Source: Candidatus Lustribacter sp. (GTDB lineage: Bacteria > Vulcanimicrobiota > Vulcanimicrobiia > Vulcanimicrobiales > Vulcanimicrobiaceae). Taken from it: a DNA stretch of 64,000 nucleotides. The translations under genes were made by a program, and so were the position numbers. The stretch lies in assembly GCA_965277805.1 (NCBI GenBank), contig OZ255842.1:32001-96000 (forward strand), given 5' to 3'. This document shows positions 9,884-21,196 of this stretch, piece after piece (the first letter of the stretch is position 1; every line of letters starts with the position of its first letter). Under the pieces are notes generated by a model that did no database searches, was not told where the DNA came from, and saw only the letters and a list, made by a program, of their open reading frames with translations.

Positions 9884-10999
9884 ATGAGCGGTGTACGCGT
9901 CTTGGTCGGAACGCGAAAGGGAGCGTTCGTTCTCACATCGGACGAAAGGCGCAGACGCTGGGACGTCGGCGGTCCGTACTTCGCCGGCTGGGAGATCTAT
10001 CACGTTACGGGCTCCCCGGCCGATCCGAACCGGCTTTACGCCTCGCAGTCCAGCAGCTGGTTCGGGCAGGTGATGCAGCGCTCCGACGACGGCGGCACGA
10101 CCTGGGCACCAGTCGGAAATACGTTTGCGTACGATGGTGTCGCCGGAACGCACCAGTGGTACGACGGCACGCCGCACCCGTGGGAGTTTGCGCGTGTGTG
10201 GCATCTCGAACCGTCGCTCACCGACCCCGATACTGTGTACGCCGGCGTCGAAGATGCCGCACTCTTTCGTTCGACCGACGGGGGCGGGAGCTGGCACGAA
10301 CTCTCCGGTTTGCGCGGCCACGGCACGGGCCCGGCGTGGCAGCCCGGCGCCGGCGGAATGTGCCTGCACACCATCATCCTGGATCCGCACGATTCGCAGC
10401 GCATCTTCGTCGCCATATCGGCCGCTGGGGCGTTCCGCAGCGACGACGGCGGTACGACATGGCGGCCGATCAACCGTGGGCTGATTTCGGAACAGATCCC
10501 CGATCCGCAAGCGGAGATCGGCCACTGCGTGCATCGCCTGGCGATGCACCCCAGCAGACCGTCGGTACTGTTCATGCAAAAGCACTGGGACGTCATGCGC
10601 ACCGACGATGCCGGTGAGAATTGGCGCGAGGTCAGCGGCAACTTGCCGACCGACTTCGGCTTCGCAATCGACGTGCACGCGCACGAGCCGGAGACGATCT
10701 ACGTCGTCCCGATCAAGAGCGACTCGGAGCACTTCCCGCTCGACGGTCAGCTGCGCGTGTACCGTAGCCGAAGCGGAGGCGACGAATGGGAAGCGCTCAC
10801 GAACGGCTTGCCGCAACGTGATTGCTACGTCAACGTTTTGCGCGATGCGATGGCCGTCGACTCATGCGATCCGTGCGGCGTGTACTTCGGGACGACCGGT
10901 GGGCAGGTCTACGCGTCGAGCGATGCGGGCGACCACTGGTCGCCGATCGTTCGCGATTTGCCGGCGGTGCTTTCGGTCGAAGTCCAGACGCTGCCGTGA
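9884..10999 (+). CDS. BNR/Asp-box beta-propeller (sialidase-like) protein
   Basis: Repeated SxDGGxTW Asp-boxes; [10 protein letters not shown] start; no signal peptide. Confidence 0.9.
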   Translation: MSGVRVLVGTRKGAFVLTSDERRRRWDVGGPYFAGWEIYHVTGSPADPNRLYASQSSSWFGQVMQRSDDGGTTWAPVGNTFAYDGVAGTHQWYDGTPHPWEFARVWHLEPSLTDPDTVYAGVEDAALFRSTDGGGSWHELSGLRGHGTGPAWQPGAGGMCLHTIILDPHDSQRIFVAISAAGAFRSDDGGTTWRPINRGLISEQIPDPQAEIGHCVHRLAMHPSRPSVLFMQKHWDVMRTDDAGENWREVSGNLPTDFGFAIDVHAHEPETIYVVPIKSDSEHFPLDGQLRVYRSRSGGDEWEALTNGLPQRDCYVNVLRDAMAVDSCDPCGVYFGTTGGQVYASSDAGDHWSPIVRDLPAVLSVEVQTLP

Positions 11000-11292
11000 T
11001 CCGCGTTGTGCTCCCAGCGCACTTGAAGGTGCTGGCGCGCGTCAGCGGCGAGGTGCAGCTCGAAGTCGACGGTGCTGCGACTCAGCGTTCCGTTCTCGAC
11101 GCGCTGGAAGCCGGGTTTCCGGCGCTGCGCGGAACGATTCGCGACCAGGCAACGAAACGGCGGCGGCCGTTTGTTCGGTTTTTCGCCTGCGAGCGCGACC
11201 TCTCGCACGAGTTGCCCGACGCACCGCTGCCGGAAGCCGTCACGACGGGCGCCGAGCCGCTGCTGGTCGTCGGCGCGATGGCCGGAGGCTAG
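10996..11292 (+). CDS. MoaD/ThiS-family ubiquitin-like protein
   Basis: GTGA overlap with upstream gene; [17 protein letters not shown]-terminal AMAGG. Confidence 0.9.
   Translation: MIRVVLPAHLKVLARVSGEVQLEVDGAATQRSVLDALEAGFPALRGTIRDQATKRRRPFVRFFACERDLSHELPDAPLPEAVTTGAEPLLVVGAMAGG
11249..11290 (+). repeat. 42-bp direct repeat, copy 1 (3' end of moaD-like gene)
   Basis: GCGCCGAGCCGCTGCTGGTCGTCGGCGCGATGGCCGGAGGCT; 41/42 identical to 17026-17067. Confidence 0.95.
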
Positions 11293-11300
11293 CCGGGCCG

Positions 11301-12326
11301 CTATGTACGAGCAGACGATTCTCTGGCAATAAGTGTCGGAAGCCGGGCCGTAACTTTTTGCGCGTGCGGTCCGGTCTCGATTTGATCGAGGAGTAATTCG
11401 ATCGCCAACTTGGCGACGTCCGCGAGATGCAGATTGACCGCGGTGAGATTTGGCAGGCTTTCGCGAGCCCGGATGCCGTCATATCGCGTCGCAACGAGGA
11501 CCGCTTGGGGAACCGGTTTCGCAAGCTCGTCCAACGCGCGCACCGCTCCGGTCGCGAAGGTGTCGACGAGAGCTAAGATGCCGTCCACGCTCGGATGCGC
11601 GCGCAGCATTCCTCGCGTTGCAGCGTAGGCGGCGTCTTCGCCGCCGCGCTCATCGATCCGTACGGCGACTGGTTCGATGTCGTAGGTGCGCGCGAACTTC
11701 GAATAGGCTGACTCGGTCTCGAGGTACGAGTTTCGCCGCGTCTCGCCGGTCATAAGGGCGATGTGCTTGGCACCACGCTCACGCAGATGGTCTAAGAGCA
11801 TGCGCGCCGTCTCCCGCGAACGGATATCGATCGAGGCGACGTCGGTCATTGCGGGTGCTTTCCCAATCGTCACCATGGGGACGGCGCGAGCGCGCAATTG
11901 CGTGATGTACGGGTCGTGTGCGCTTGGTTCGAGCACGACGGCCGCGTCGATCGCGAGTTTGTCGAGTCGCAGCGGCTCGTTCGAGATCGAGGGGACAAGC
12001 AAGAGTGCGAAGCCGTGTTCCAACGCCGTGACGGCCGCCGTCGCGGCAATTTCCATCAAGAAGCCCAGGCGCGAGACATCGCTCGAAATGGCAAACGGCA
12101 TCGATGAGAAGATGGCGATGGTCCCGATGCCGGTCGTCCGCATCCGCCGGGCGTGCACGTTCGGCGTGTAGCCGAGTTGAGCGGCAACTTCGCTAATGCG
12201 GCGCTTCGTCGTCGGGCCCACAGACCGGCGATCGTTGAAGGCGTTCGAGACGGTGGCGGGAGAGACGCCGGCCTTTCTTGCGACGTCCACGATGGTCGGG
12301 CGGCCGCGAACGGGACGATTAGCCAC
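11301..12326 (-). CDS. LacI family transcriptional regulator
   Basis: PTIVDVARKAGVSPATVSNAFN..LGYTPN HTH; C-terminal LIARESS. Confidence 0.95.
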   Translation of the reverse strand: MANRPVRGRPTIVDVARKAGVSPATVSNAFNDRRSVGPTTKRRISEVAAQLGYTPNVHARRMRTTGIGTIAIFSSMPFAISSDVSRLGFLMEIAATAAVTALEHGFALLLVPSISNEPLRLDKLAIDAAVVLEPSAHDPYITQLRARAVPMVTIGKAPAMTDVASIDIRSRETARMLLDHLRERGAKHIALMTGETRRNSYLETESAYSKFARTYDIEPVAVRIDERGGEDAAYAATRGMLRAHPSVDGILALVDTFATGAVRALDELAKPVPQAVLVATRYDGIRARESLPNLTAVNLHLADVAKLAIELLLDQIETGPHAQKVTARLPTLIARESSART

Positions 12327-12387
12327 TTGTCCTTTACTCCCCAGGCTCGCTTAGCCGAATTGCGGTAGTGCCGCACTCCAGCATGAG

Positions 12388-12401
12388 GTAAAACGTTTTA
12401 C
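12388..12401. promoter_or_regulatory. LacI-type operator
   Basis: Perfect 14-bp palindrome GTAAAACGTTTTAC with central CG, 1 nt before ATG 12403. Confidence 0.8.
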
Positions 12402-12402
12402 T

Positions 12403-13530
12403 ATGAGCGGCTCCACGGCCTTTCGAGTCGATCAAGTGACCGACCGGCGGCGAACGACCGGACTGATCGCCCACGATCCGGCGCGCAGCGCGGGCGGCTT
12501 CACGCTGATCGCTCCCCAGACCGACGACGGCAACGTCTACCTTGTGGCGATCGACGGAACCGTGGCCCATCATTGGAAGCTTCCCGTTCGCCCGGGCCGG
12601 CATGCTGTGATTCTGCCGAACGGAAATCTCGGTTATAACGGCAACCACCCTGATACACCGAACCTTTATCCGGCCTGGGAGATGTGGCACGGTGGCGACT
12701 TCTACGAAGTGACGCCGGCCGGTGAGATCGTTTGGCGGTTCGAGGACAAGCGTCATCACCACGACGCGGAATGGCTGCCCGACGGAGATCTGCTCTACAC
12801 GACCGCGCAGGTGATGCCGCCGGAGTGTGCGCGAAAGATCGCCGGCGGGAGTCACGCGCACGATCTTCCGGAGGGCGTTCAATACGGTGACGTCGTCCGG
12901 CGCGTGAATCGTGCCGGCAGCGTGACGTGGGAGTGGAAGGCCTGGGAGCATCTTGACCCGGCCGACTATCCGATCCATCCAATCTTCGATCGTTACCACT
13001 GGCCGATGATCAATGGCGTGCATCTGACGCGTGCAGGGCACGTGCTGCTCAGCCTTCGGACGACATCGGGCGTTATTGCGGTCGATCCACAATCCGGCAG
13101 CGTGCTGTGGTCGATCAAACATCCGCTGCTGGCACAGCAGCATGCGCCGGTCGAGCTTGAGAACGGGAACGTGTTGATCTTTGATAACGGCAACGTGCGC
13201 CCCGGCGTGACGTCGCCACATTCGCGTGCGGTCGAGTTCGAGCCGCACGCGCAAACCGTCGCATGGGAGTATACCGATCCGATGCGACCCTATTTCTTTT
13301 CGCCATATATGGGTAGTGCGCAGCGGCTCGGTAACGGCAATACATTCATAACAGAATCCGCGTTCGGGCGCCTCTTTGAAGTAACGCCCGGCGGAGAAAC
13401 CGTTTGGGAGTATATCATTCCGCAGTTTGGTGAGTATCCGTCCGGCGCCGCGCGTGATTACTCTGCCGGTGCTTCCAACAGCGTGTTCAAAACGTTCCGC
13501 TATTCGCACCAACAGCTTCCCTGGCTCTAG
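12403..13530 (+). CDS. Aryl-sulfate sulfotransferase (ASST)-like beta-propeller, no signal peptide
   Basis: HHHDAEWLPDG, MING, QQHAP, IFDNG, GSAQRLGNGNTFITE, EVTPGGETVWEY. Confidence 0.82.
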   Translation: MSGSTAFRVDQVTDRRRTTGLIAHDPARSAGGFTLIAPQTDDGNVYLVAIDGTVAHHWKLPVRPGRHAVILPNGNLGYNGNHPDTPNLYPAWEMWHGGDFYEVTPAGEIVWRFEDKRHHHDAEWLPDGDLLYTTAQVMPPECARKIAGGSHAHDLPEGVQYGDVVRRVNRAGSVTWEWKAWEHLDPADYPIHPIFDRYHWPMINGVHLTRAGHVLLSLRTTSGVIAVDPQSGSVLWSIKHPLLAQQHAPVELENGNVLIFDNGNVRPGVTSPHSRAVEFEPHAQTVAWEYTDPMRPYFFSPYMGSAQRLGNGNTFITESAFGRLFEVTPGGETVWEYIIPQFGEYPSGAARDYSAGASNSVFKTFRYSHQQLPWL

Positions 13531-13550
13531 GTCGGCTTGTGAAAGGACCC

Positions 13551-14519
13551 ATGAAACACTTGCTCCGGCGACTTCCGCTTCTTGCGTTTTGCTTTGCGCT
13601 TGCCCTAGCGTCGGTCGCGGTTCCCGCACGCGCCGACGTGCCGACCGTGCGAATCTTGATGGACTGGTTCATTCAAGCCGATCAGGCCGGGTTCTGGCAA
13701 GAACAGATCGACGACCTCGGCAAACCGTACGGCGTGAAGGTTGCGGTGTTGCAGGGCGGTCCCAAGATCCAAACGATTCCCCAAGTCGCTTCGGGTCAGG
13801 CGGAGTTTGGGATCGGCAATGCCGACGACATCATATTGGCGCGCGTTCACGGCGTTCCGGTGCGCGCCGTGTTCGCATTTATGAATTTCGTTCCATACGA
13901 CCTGGTCTACCATCCCGATCTTAAGGTGCGGACGCTGAGCGACCTGAAGGATAAGACCTTTGCGGTCAACATCGGCTTCGGTTATTGGGAGTGGCTGAAA
14001 CAGCACTATCACCTCGGGAACGTGCATGAGATTCCGGTCACCGGCGACCTGACGCTCTTCAAGCTTAACCCCGACATGGTGCAACAAGGCTATACGATCT
14101 TCTTACCGGCCCGATTTGACGAGTTGCATGTGCCGAATGCCCAATTCCGGGTCTCGGACCTCGGCTATCGACCGTACGCAACGCTGTTCACGACCGATGA
14201 GATGATCAAAGATCATCCCGACCTCGTCCGAAACATGGTCGCTGCGGCCAAAAAAGGCTGGGAAAACTTCCTTGCTGATCCGTCGAAATTCAAAGCGTTG
14301 GCGCTCGGCATGAACGGTCAGATCAGTGCCGCCGTGAACGATCGTGCTGTCGCGGAACTCGAAGGAACGTTAGTCCCGCACGACCATGCGAAGATCGGAT
14401 GTATGACCGACGCCCGCTGGAGCGAGCTGACGAAACAATTGCAATTGGTGAATATGGTTCCGGGCAACTTCGATTCCAAGCAAGCCTACACGCTCTCGAT
14501 GGAGCCGGGCTGCAAGTAG
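13551..14519 (+). CDS. ABC transporter substrate-binding protein, NMT1/THI5 family
   Basis: Signal peptide; LMDWFIQADQAGF; GGPKI; VASGQAEFG. Confidence 0.88.
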   Translation: MKHLLRRLPLLAFCFALALASVAVPARADVPTVRILMDWFIQADQAGFWQEQIDDLGKPYGVKVAVLQGGPKIQTIPQVASGQAEFGIGNADDIILARVHGVPVRAVFAFMNFVPYDLVYHPDLKVRTLSDLKDKTFAVNIGFGYWEWLKQHYHLGNVHEIPVTGDLTLFKLNPDMVQQGYTIFLPARFDELHVPNAQFRVSDLGYRPYATLFTTDEMIKDHPDLVRNMVAAAKKGWENFLADPSKFKALALGMNGQISAAVNDRAVAELEGTLVPHDHAKIGCMTDARWSELTKQLQLVNMVPGNFDSKQAYTLSMEPGCK

Positions 14520-14522
14520 GTC

Positions 14523-15275
14523 ATGACCACCGGTGCGTCCGTCTCGCTCAGTGGAGTCTCGAAGACGTACGATTCGGGTTTGCGCGCGCTCGAGCCGGTC
14601 GACGCCGAGATCCGGCGTGGCGAATTCGTTTCGATCGTCGGTCCGTCGGGCTGCGGTAAATCGACCCTCCTGCGTATCATTGCCGGCCTTTTGCCGGCGT
14701 CGGAGGGCGCATGCGAGCGGTCGAGCGATGGGACGGCGGCGTTCGTCTTTCAGGAAGCCGCGCTGTTGCCGTGGCGCAACGTGCAGAAGAACGCCGAACT
14801 GCTGATGGAACTCGAAGGCGTTCCGCCCGGCGAACGGACCGAGAAGGCTGCACGCACACTCAAACTCGTCGGACTCGAGGGGTTCGAGCGGTCGTATCCG
14901 CACAATCTTTCGGGTGGGATGCGGATGCGTTTGTCGCTGGCGCGCAGTATCGCCCTCCAACCCAGTTTGCTCTTGCTCGATGAGCCGCTCGCGGCTGTCG
15001 ACGAGCTGACGCGCGACGTGCTTCAGGAAGAGTTGTCCCAACTTTGGCAGGCGCAAGGATTTACGGCACTGCTCGTCACGCACAATGTGCACGAAGCGGT
15101 CTTCCTTTCGAACCGCGTTGTCGTCATGTCGAAGCGGCCGGGACGCATTTTGCGCATGATCGACGTGCCGTTCGCTTTCCCTCGCTCTCCTGAGCTCCGC
15201 TCAACGGGGGAGTTTGCGCATTTGACTGGGACAGTGTCGGCGGCGCTGCGAGAGGGTCGCGCCGATGGCCGTTAA
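14523..15275 (+). CDS. ABC transporter ATP-binding protein (TauB/SsuB-like)
   Basis: GPSGCGKST, LSGGMRMR, LLLLDEP, VTH. Confidence 0.95.
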   Translation: MTTGASVSLSGVSKTYDSGLRALEPVDAEIRRGEFVSIVGPSGCGKSTLLRIIAGLLPASEGACERSSDGTAAFVFQEAALLPWRNVQKNAELLMELEGVPPGERTEKAARTLKLVGLEGFERSYPHNLSGGMRMRLSLARSIALQPSLLLLDEPLAAVDELTRDVLQEELSQLWQAQGFTALLVTHNVHEAVFLSNRVVVMSKRPGRILRMIDVPFAFPRSPELRSTGEFAHLTGTVSAALREGRADGR

Positions 15276-16059
15276 CGCGATTCGCGCGGCCACTCGCTAT
15301 TCGGCGCCCGCCATCGTCGCTATCGTGATGGTCGCACTCTGGTTTATTCTCACGGCCACGGTCTACGCCGGACGCGCCTACTTGGTACCCGGCCCGCTCG
15401 ACGTTGCCGATGCGTTCATAGCTAACGGATCTGCCATCTTTGCAGCGACGCTGATTACGCTGCGTGAGGCGCTGGCCGGCTACCTCGCCGCCATCGTTCT
15501 CGGCGTGTCGATCGCGGCGCTCCTGAGCACCTGGCGGCCACTGGAACGCGGCCTCTACCCGTACGCGGTCTTGCTGCAAACGGTTCCGATCGTAGCCGTC
15601 GCTCCCCTCATCGTCGTATGGTTCGGCTATAACGACCTTTCGGTCATCATCATCAGCCTGATCATGGCGCTGTTTCCGATCATCAATAACACGTTGCTCG
15701 GTCTTCGTTCTACGTCGCGCAATCTGGTCGATTTGTTTGCTATGCACCACAGCGGACCGATCGTCACGTTTACCCAGCTCCGGTTCCCGAGTGCCTTTCC
15801 CCATGTGCTTGCGGGATTACGCATTTCTGCGGGTCTCTCGGTGATCGGTGCGATCATCGGTGAGTTCATCATCGGTTCCGGGAACTCGCGCGGCGGTCTG
15901 GGTGTGCAGATCATCTTTGCTCAAGGGCGGATGTACACGGCGTTACTATTTGCCGAAATCATCTGTGCTACGTTGCTCGGCTTCGCGTTCTTTTCGGTCG
16001 TGACGATCGTCGGGGACCGTTTGCTTTCGCACTGGCATGAATCCGCCGTATCGAATTGA
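15265..16059 (+). CDS. ABC transporter permease (TauC/SsuC-like)
   Basis: QTVPIVAVAPLIVVWFG; LRFPSAFP; GAIIGEF. Confidence 0.93.
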   Translation: MAVNAIRAATRYSAPAIVAIVMVALWFILTATVYAGRAYLVPGPLDVADAFIANGSAIFAATLITLREALAGYLAAIVLGVSIAALLSTWRPLERGLYPYAVLLQTVPIVAVAPLIVVWFGYNDLSVIIISLIMALFPIINNTLLGLRSTSRNLVDLFAMHHSGPIVTFTQLRFPSAFPHVLAGLRISAGLSVIGAIIGEFIIGSGNSRGGLGVQIIFAQGRMYTALLFAEIICATLLGFAFFSVVTIVGDRLLSHWHESAVSN

Positions 16060-16072
16060 GGGGGGAACCTAC

Positions 16073-17026
16073 ATGAGCCAGAGCATTCCGATCGTCGATC
16101 TTTCGCGATGGCAAAGCGGCGATGAGAATGACCGGGAACGGATCGCGCGCGAGTTCGATCACGCCTGCCGCGAGTGGGGCTTTGCCGTGGTCGCCGGCCA
16201 CGGCGTTCCGCCCGAGCTGATGTCGGAGATCAATCGCGTCAGCAAGGCGTACTTCGACCTTTCGCCGGAGGCGAAGCTGGCGGTCAATACCACCGGCCGG
16301 CAAGGCGGTCGCGGATATTACGCACTCAAGGAAAAATCGCACGCGCGCACCCGCGGCGACGTGACGGCACCGGGCGACCTGCGTGAGTCATTTCGAATGG
16401 GGGACGCGAGCGCACCGAACGTCTGGCCGGAGATGCCCGGCGATATGGGTGAGATTTGGTCGGCGTACTTCGCAGCGCTCAATGGGCTGGGTGTCGATCT
16501 GATGCACGTCGCGGCGCGAGCGCTGGGTCTACCGGATGGATGGTTCGATGACAAGATGGATCGGCCGGCTTCCGTCTTGGCTGCGCAGCATTACCCGGCG
16601 TTGGACGCGGTGCCCGTTCCCGGCCAGTTGCGAAGCGGCGCGCACACCGACTTCGGAAATCTGACGATGCTGCTGACCGAAGATAAACCCGGTGGACTCG
16701 AGATCATGGGGCTCGACGGCCTTTGGCATCCGGTGAAGCCGTTACCCGGCACGTTCATTATCAACATCGGCGACTTGATGGCGCTGTGGACAAACGATCG
16801 CTGGCGCTCGACGCTCCATCGCGTCGTCAATCCCCCGCCGGAAGCCCATGACTCCTCGCGCCGGCTCTCGATCGTTTTCTTCTACGAAGTAAACGACGAT
16901 GCGCTCATTGAGTGTATCTCAACCTGCGTCGATGCCGAGCATCCTGCAAAGTACGTTCCGATCCGTGCCGGAGAGCATATCGCCGCTAAATTGCGAAGTG
17001 TCGAGACCGCCGCGTCGGCACGATAG
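16073..17026 (+). CDS. 2OG-Fe(II) oxygenase, isopenicillin N synthase family
   Basis: IPIVDLS, HTDFG, NIGD, STLHRV, RLSIVFF. Confidence 0.93.
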   Translation: MSQSIPIVDLSRWQSGDENDRERIAREFDHACREWGFAVVAGHGVPPELMSEINRVSKAYFDLSPEAKLAVNTTGRQGGRGYYALKEKSHARTRGDVTAPGDLRESFRMGDASAPNVWPEMPGDMGEIWSAYFAALNGLGVDLMHVAARALGLPDGWFDDKMDRPASVLAAQHYPALDAVPVPGQLRSGAHTDFGNLTMLLTEDKPGGLEIMGLDGLWHPVKPLPGTFIINIGDLMALWTNDRWRSTLHRVVNPPPEAHDSSRRLSIVFFYEVNDDALIECISTCVDAEHPAKYVPIRAGEHIAAKLRSVETAASAR

Positions 17027-17067
17027 CGCCGAGCCGCTGCTGGTCGTCGGCGCGATGGCCGGCGGCT
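17026..17067 (+). repeat. 42-bp direct repeat, copy 2 (orphan moaD 3' end, followed by TGA)
   Basis: Encodes [13 protein letters not shown]-stop but is not attached to a gene. Confidence 0.95.
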
Positions 17068-17403
17068 GAGACGCGGTTAGGGAAAAGGTTCGCGTTCTGC
17101 GATTACGGCAGCATCCAGTACAGAAGCCGGGCTGAAGCGGCAAAGACAGCGTCCCCTGATATCGCCCTGACATCGGAAACCTAATGTTGAGTGCTTCCCA
17201 ATCCCATGTCCGCAGCAGCACCGAACCATCTCACCCAACCAGCTTACCGGGGGATGAAAGGGCTCACGCGAGCTACTCGTCGCGCTGTTTCGCACGATGA
17301 GGTGACGGCTAAGCATTTGGCAAACAGCTTCCGGTTGTCGGATCGATCTCCATCACGTGCATTCTCTCCCGCCGTCATTCTATTGCTTGTTCGCGCAGGC
17401 TAA

Positions 17404-19364
<1,961 letters not shown>

Positions 19365-19373
19365 CCTATACGC

Positions 19374-19799
19374 CTACGCGAAGCTCGCTTTGCTTTCCCC
19401 GACTTCGATGAGGTAGCCGTCAGGATCGCGGAGGTAGCAACACGTCTCGCCGGCCTTGTCCTTCGGCTCCGTGATGAATTCGGCTCCGCGGTCTCGCCAG
19501 AGCTTATAACACGCTTGAATATCAGCAACTCGGATGTTCAAAAAGCTGCTGACCGTATTCAGATCAGCCGGAACGCTGAGGGTGACCGTTGGTTTGTCCG
19601 GGGTCGGGCCGCCGCCGAAATAGAGAATGAGCCACGTATTCGCGATTTGAACGAACGCGGGCAAGCCGCTGTTGTTCCCCCTGGCGACAATGCGGCCATC
19701 GAAGACGGTTTCGTAGAATCGAACCGACCGATCGACGTCTGCCACCGTGAGAAAATGCGCGACGGTAAAGCCGTCGCGCGGCGGTATCTCATACTTCAC
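19374..19799 (-). CDS. VOC/glyoxalase family protein (paralog 1)
   Basis: AHFLTVADVDRS..LRDPDGYLIEV. Confidence 0.9.
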   Translation of the reverse strand: MKYEIPPRDGFTVAHFLTVADVDRSVRFYETVFDGRIVARGNNSGLPAFVQIANTWLILYFGGGPTPDKPTVTLSVPADLNTVSSFLNIRVADIQACYKLWRDRGAEFITEPKDKAGETCCYLRDPDGYLIEVGESKASFA

Positions 19800-20242
19800 T
19801 AACCGTACGTTACCCCCGGATAGCTTTGTCCGACCTCGATGATGTAACCGTCAGGATCGCGGATATAGCAACGTGTCTCGCCCACCTTGGGCTTGGGCTC
19901 GGTGATGAACTCGGCTCCTCGGCTCCGCCAGAGTTCATAACACGCTGCAATATCCGCAACGCGGATATTCATAAAGCTGCTGACTTTGTCGGGATCGGGC
20001 GGTACGCTCAGCGTTACGGTCGGTTTATCGGGAGTTGGGCCACCCCCGACGTTGACGATGAGCCACGTGTTCGCGATCTGGATGTATCCAGGGTCACCTG
20101 TGCTCAGAATGCGCCCGCCAAAGATTTTTTCATACCATCGCAACGACCGCTCGATGTCGGCGACCGTTAAAAAGTGCGCGACGGTGATGCCCTCGGGCGG
20201 CGGCATCTCGTAGGTTTTATGTTCGACTTGTACGTTGTTCAC
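19799..20242 (-). CDS. VOC/glyoxalase family protein (paralog 2)
   Basis: AHFLTVADIERS..IRDPDGYIIEV; GGAG SD before GTG 20242. Confidence 0.9.
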   Translation of the reverse strand: MNNVQVEHKTYEMPPPEGITVAHFLTVADIERSLRWYEKIFGGRILSTGDPGYIQIANTWLIVNVGGGPTPDKPTVTLSVPPDPDKVSSFMNIRVADIAACYELWRSRGAEFITEPKPKVGETRCYIRDPDGYIIEVGQSYPGVTYG

Positions 20243-20283
20243 TTGACCACTCCAATTCAGATAGAGAGCAATTGTTGCGAAAT

Positions 20284-21189
20284 TCACGGGACGAGCAGGA
20301 CCTTTCCGATGCCGCCTTTGGTAAACGCGGCCTGCGCGGCGCCCGCGTTCTCCAGCGCGTCTCGGCGACCGATCGGGATGCTCATCTTGCCCGCGTCGAC
20401 GGCATCGGCGATGAAGGCAATTCCCGCTCGGTCTTGCTTCGAGCGGAACGAGACGACGCGGACGTTCGGATAATCCCTGCTGCCGTCGGGCGCGCCCGTC
20501 ACGGAGGCAAACGTTCCCCCGTCCTTGACTTTCGCGAGAAGATCCGTCGCCGATGTACCGCGCAGTGTGTTGGCGACCACGTCGACTTGCGGAATGGCGG
20601 CGAAGGCGGCCGCGTCGTCGAGCGCAATCGTTTCGTCAGCGCCGATACTCGCCGCTTGATCGAGTTGAAAACGCCGGACGCCGGCGATCACGTGGGCGCC
20701 GAACGACTTCGCCATGAAGACCGCACATCGTCCGACGGCGCCCGCCGCACCGGAGACCAGCACCGTCTGGCCGCGTTGCAAACCGCTGGCGACGGAAATC
20801 AATTGGCTGCCCGTAAGGCCCACGATGGGAAGTGCGGCCGCGTCGACCAGGTCCATCGTCTCCGGCACCTTGGCGAAAAAAGTCGCTTTGTCGGCAACGA
20901 GCTCCGCATACGTATGATACGACCACCCGCAGACGCGATCGCCCGCCATGAGGTCGGTAACGCCGTCGCCGGTCGCGATCACCGTTCCCGACACGTCGAG
21001 GCCGATGATCGCCGGAAACCGCAACTGCCAACCCTCGACTTGATCGTTGCGCTCCTGGATGTCTTCAGGATTGATACCGATGCCGGCCACCCGGATCAGC
21101 ACGTCGCCCGCGCCCGGCACGGGATCCGGCATGTCCTGATATTTCATGACTTCCGGGCCGCCGTACGCGGTCACCACCGATGCTTTCAC
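20284..21189 (-). CDS. NADP-dependent oxidoreductase (MDR/quinone oxidoreductase-like)
   Basis: YGGPEV, GLDVSGTV, GAAGAVG, GKVLL. Confidence 0.9.
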   Translation of the reverse strand: MKASVVTAYGGPEVMKYQDMPDPVPGAGDVLIRVAGIGINPEDIQERNDQVEGWQLRFPAIIGLDVSGTVIATGDGVTDLMAGDRVCGWSYHTYAELVADKATFFAKVPETMDLVDAAALPIVGLTGSQLISVASGLQRGQTVLVSGAAGAVGRCAVFMAKSFGAHVIAGVRRFQLDQAASIGADETIALDDAAAFAAIPQVDVVANTLRGTSATDLLAKVKDGGTFASVTGAPDGSRDYPNVRVVSFRSKQDRAGIAFIADAVDAGKMSIPIGRRDALENAGAAQAAFTKGGIGKVLLVP

Positions 21190-21196
21190 GATATGT

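Larger units (their letters stand above)
11293..17025. mobile_element. Putative inserted catabolic cassette (no integrase) bounded by direct repeats
   Basis: Six genes lie exactly between the two 42-bp repeats. Confidence 0.6.
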
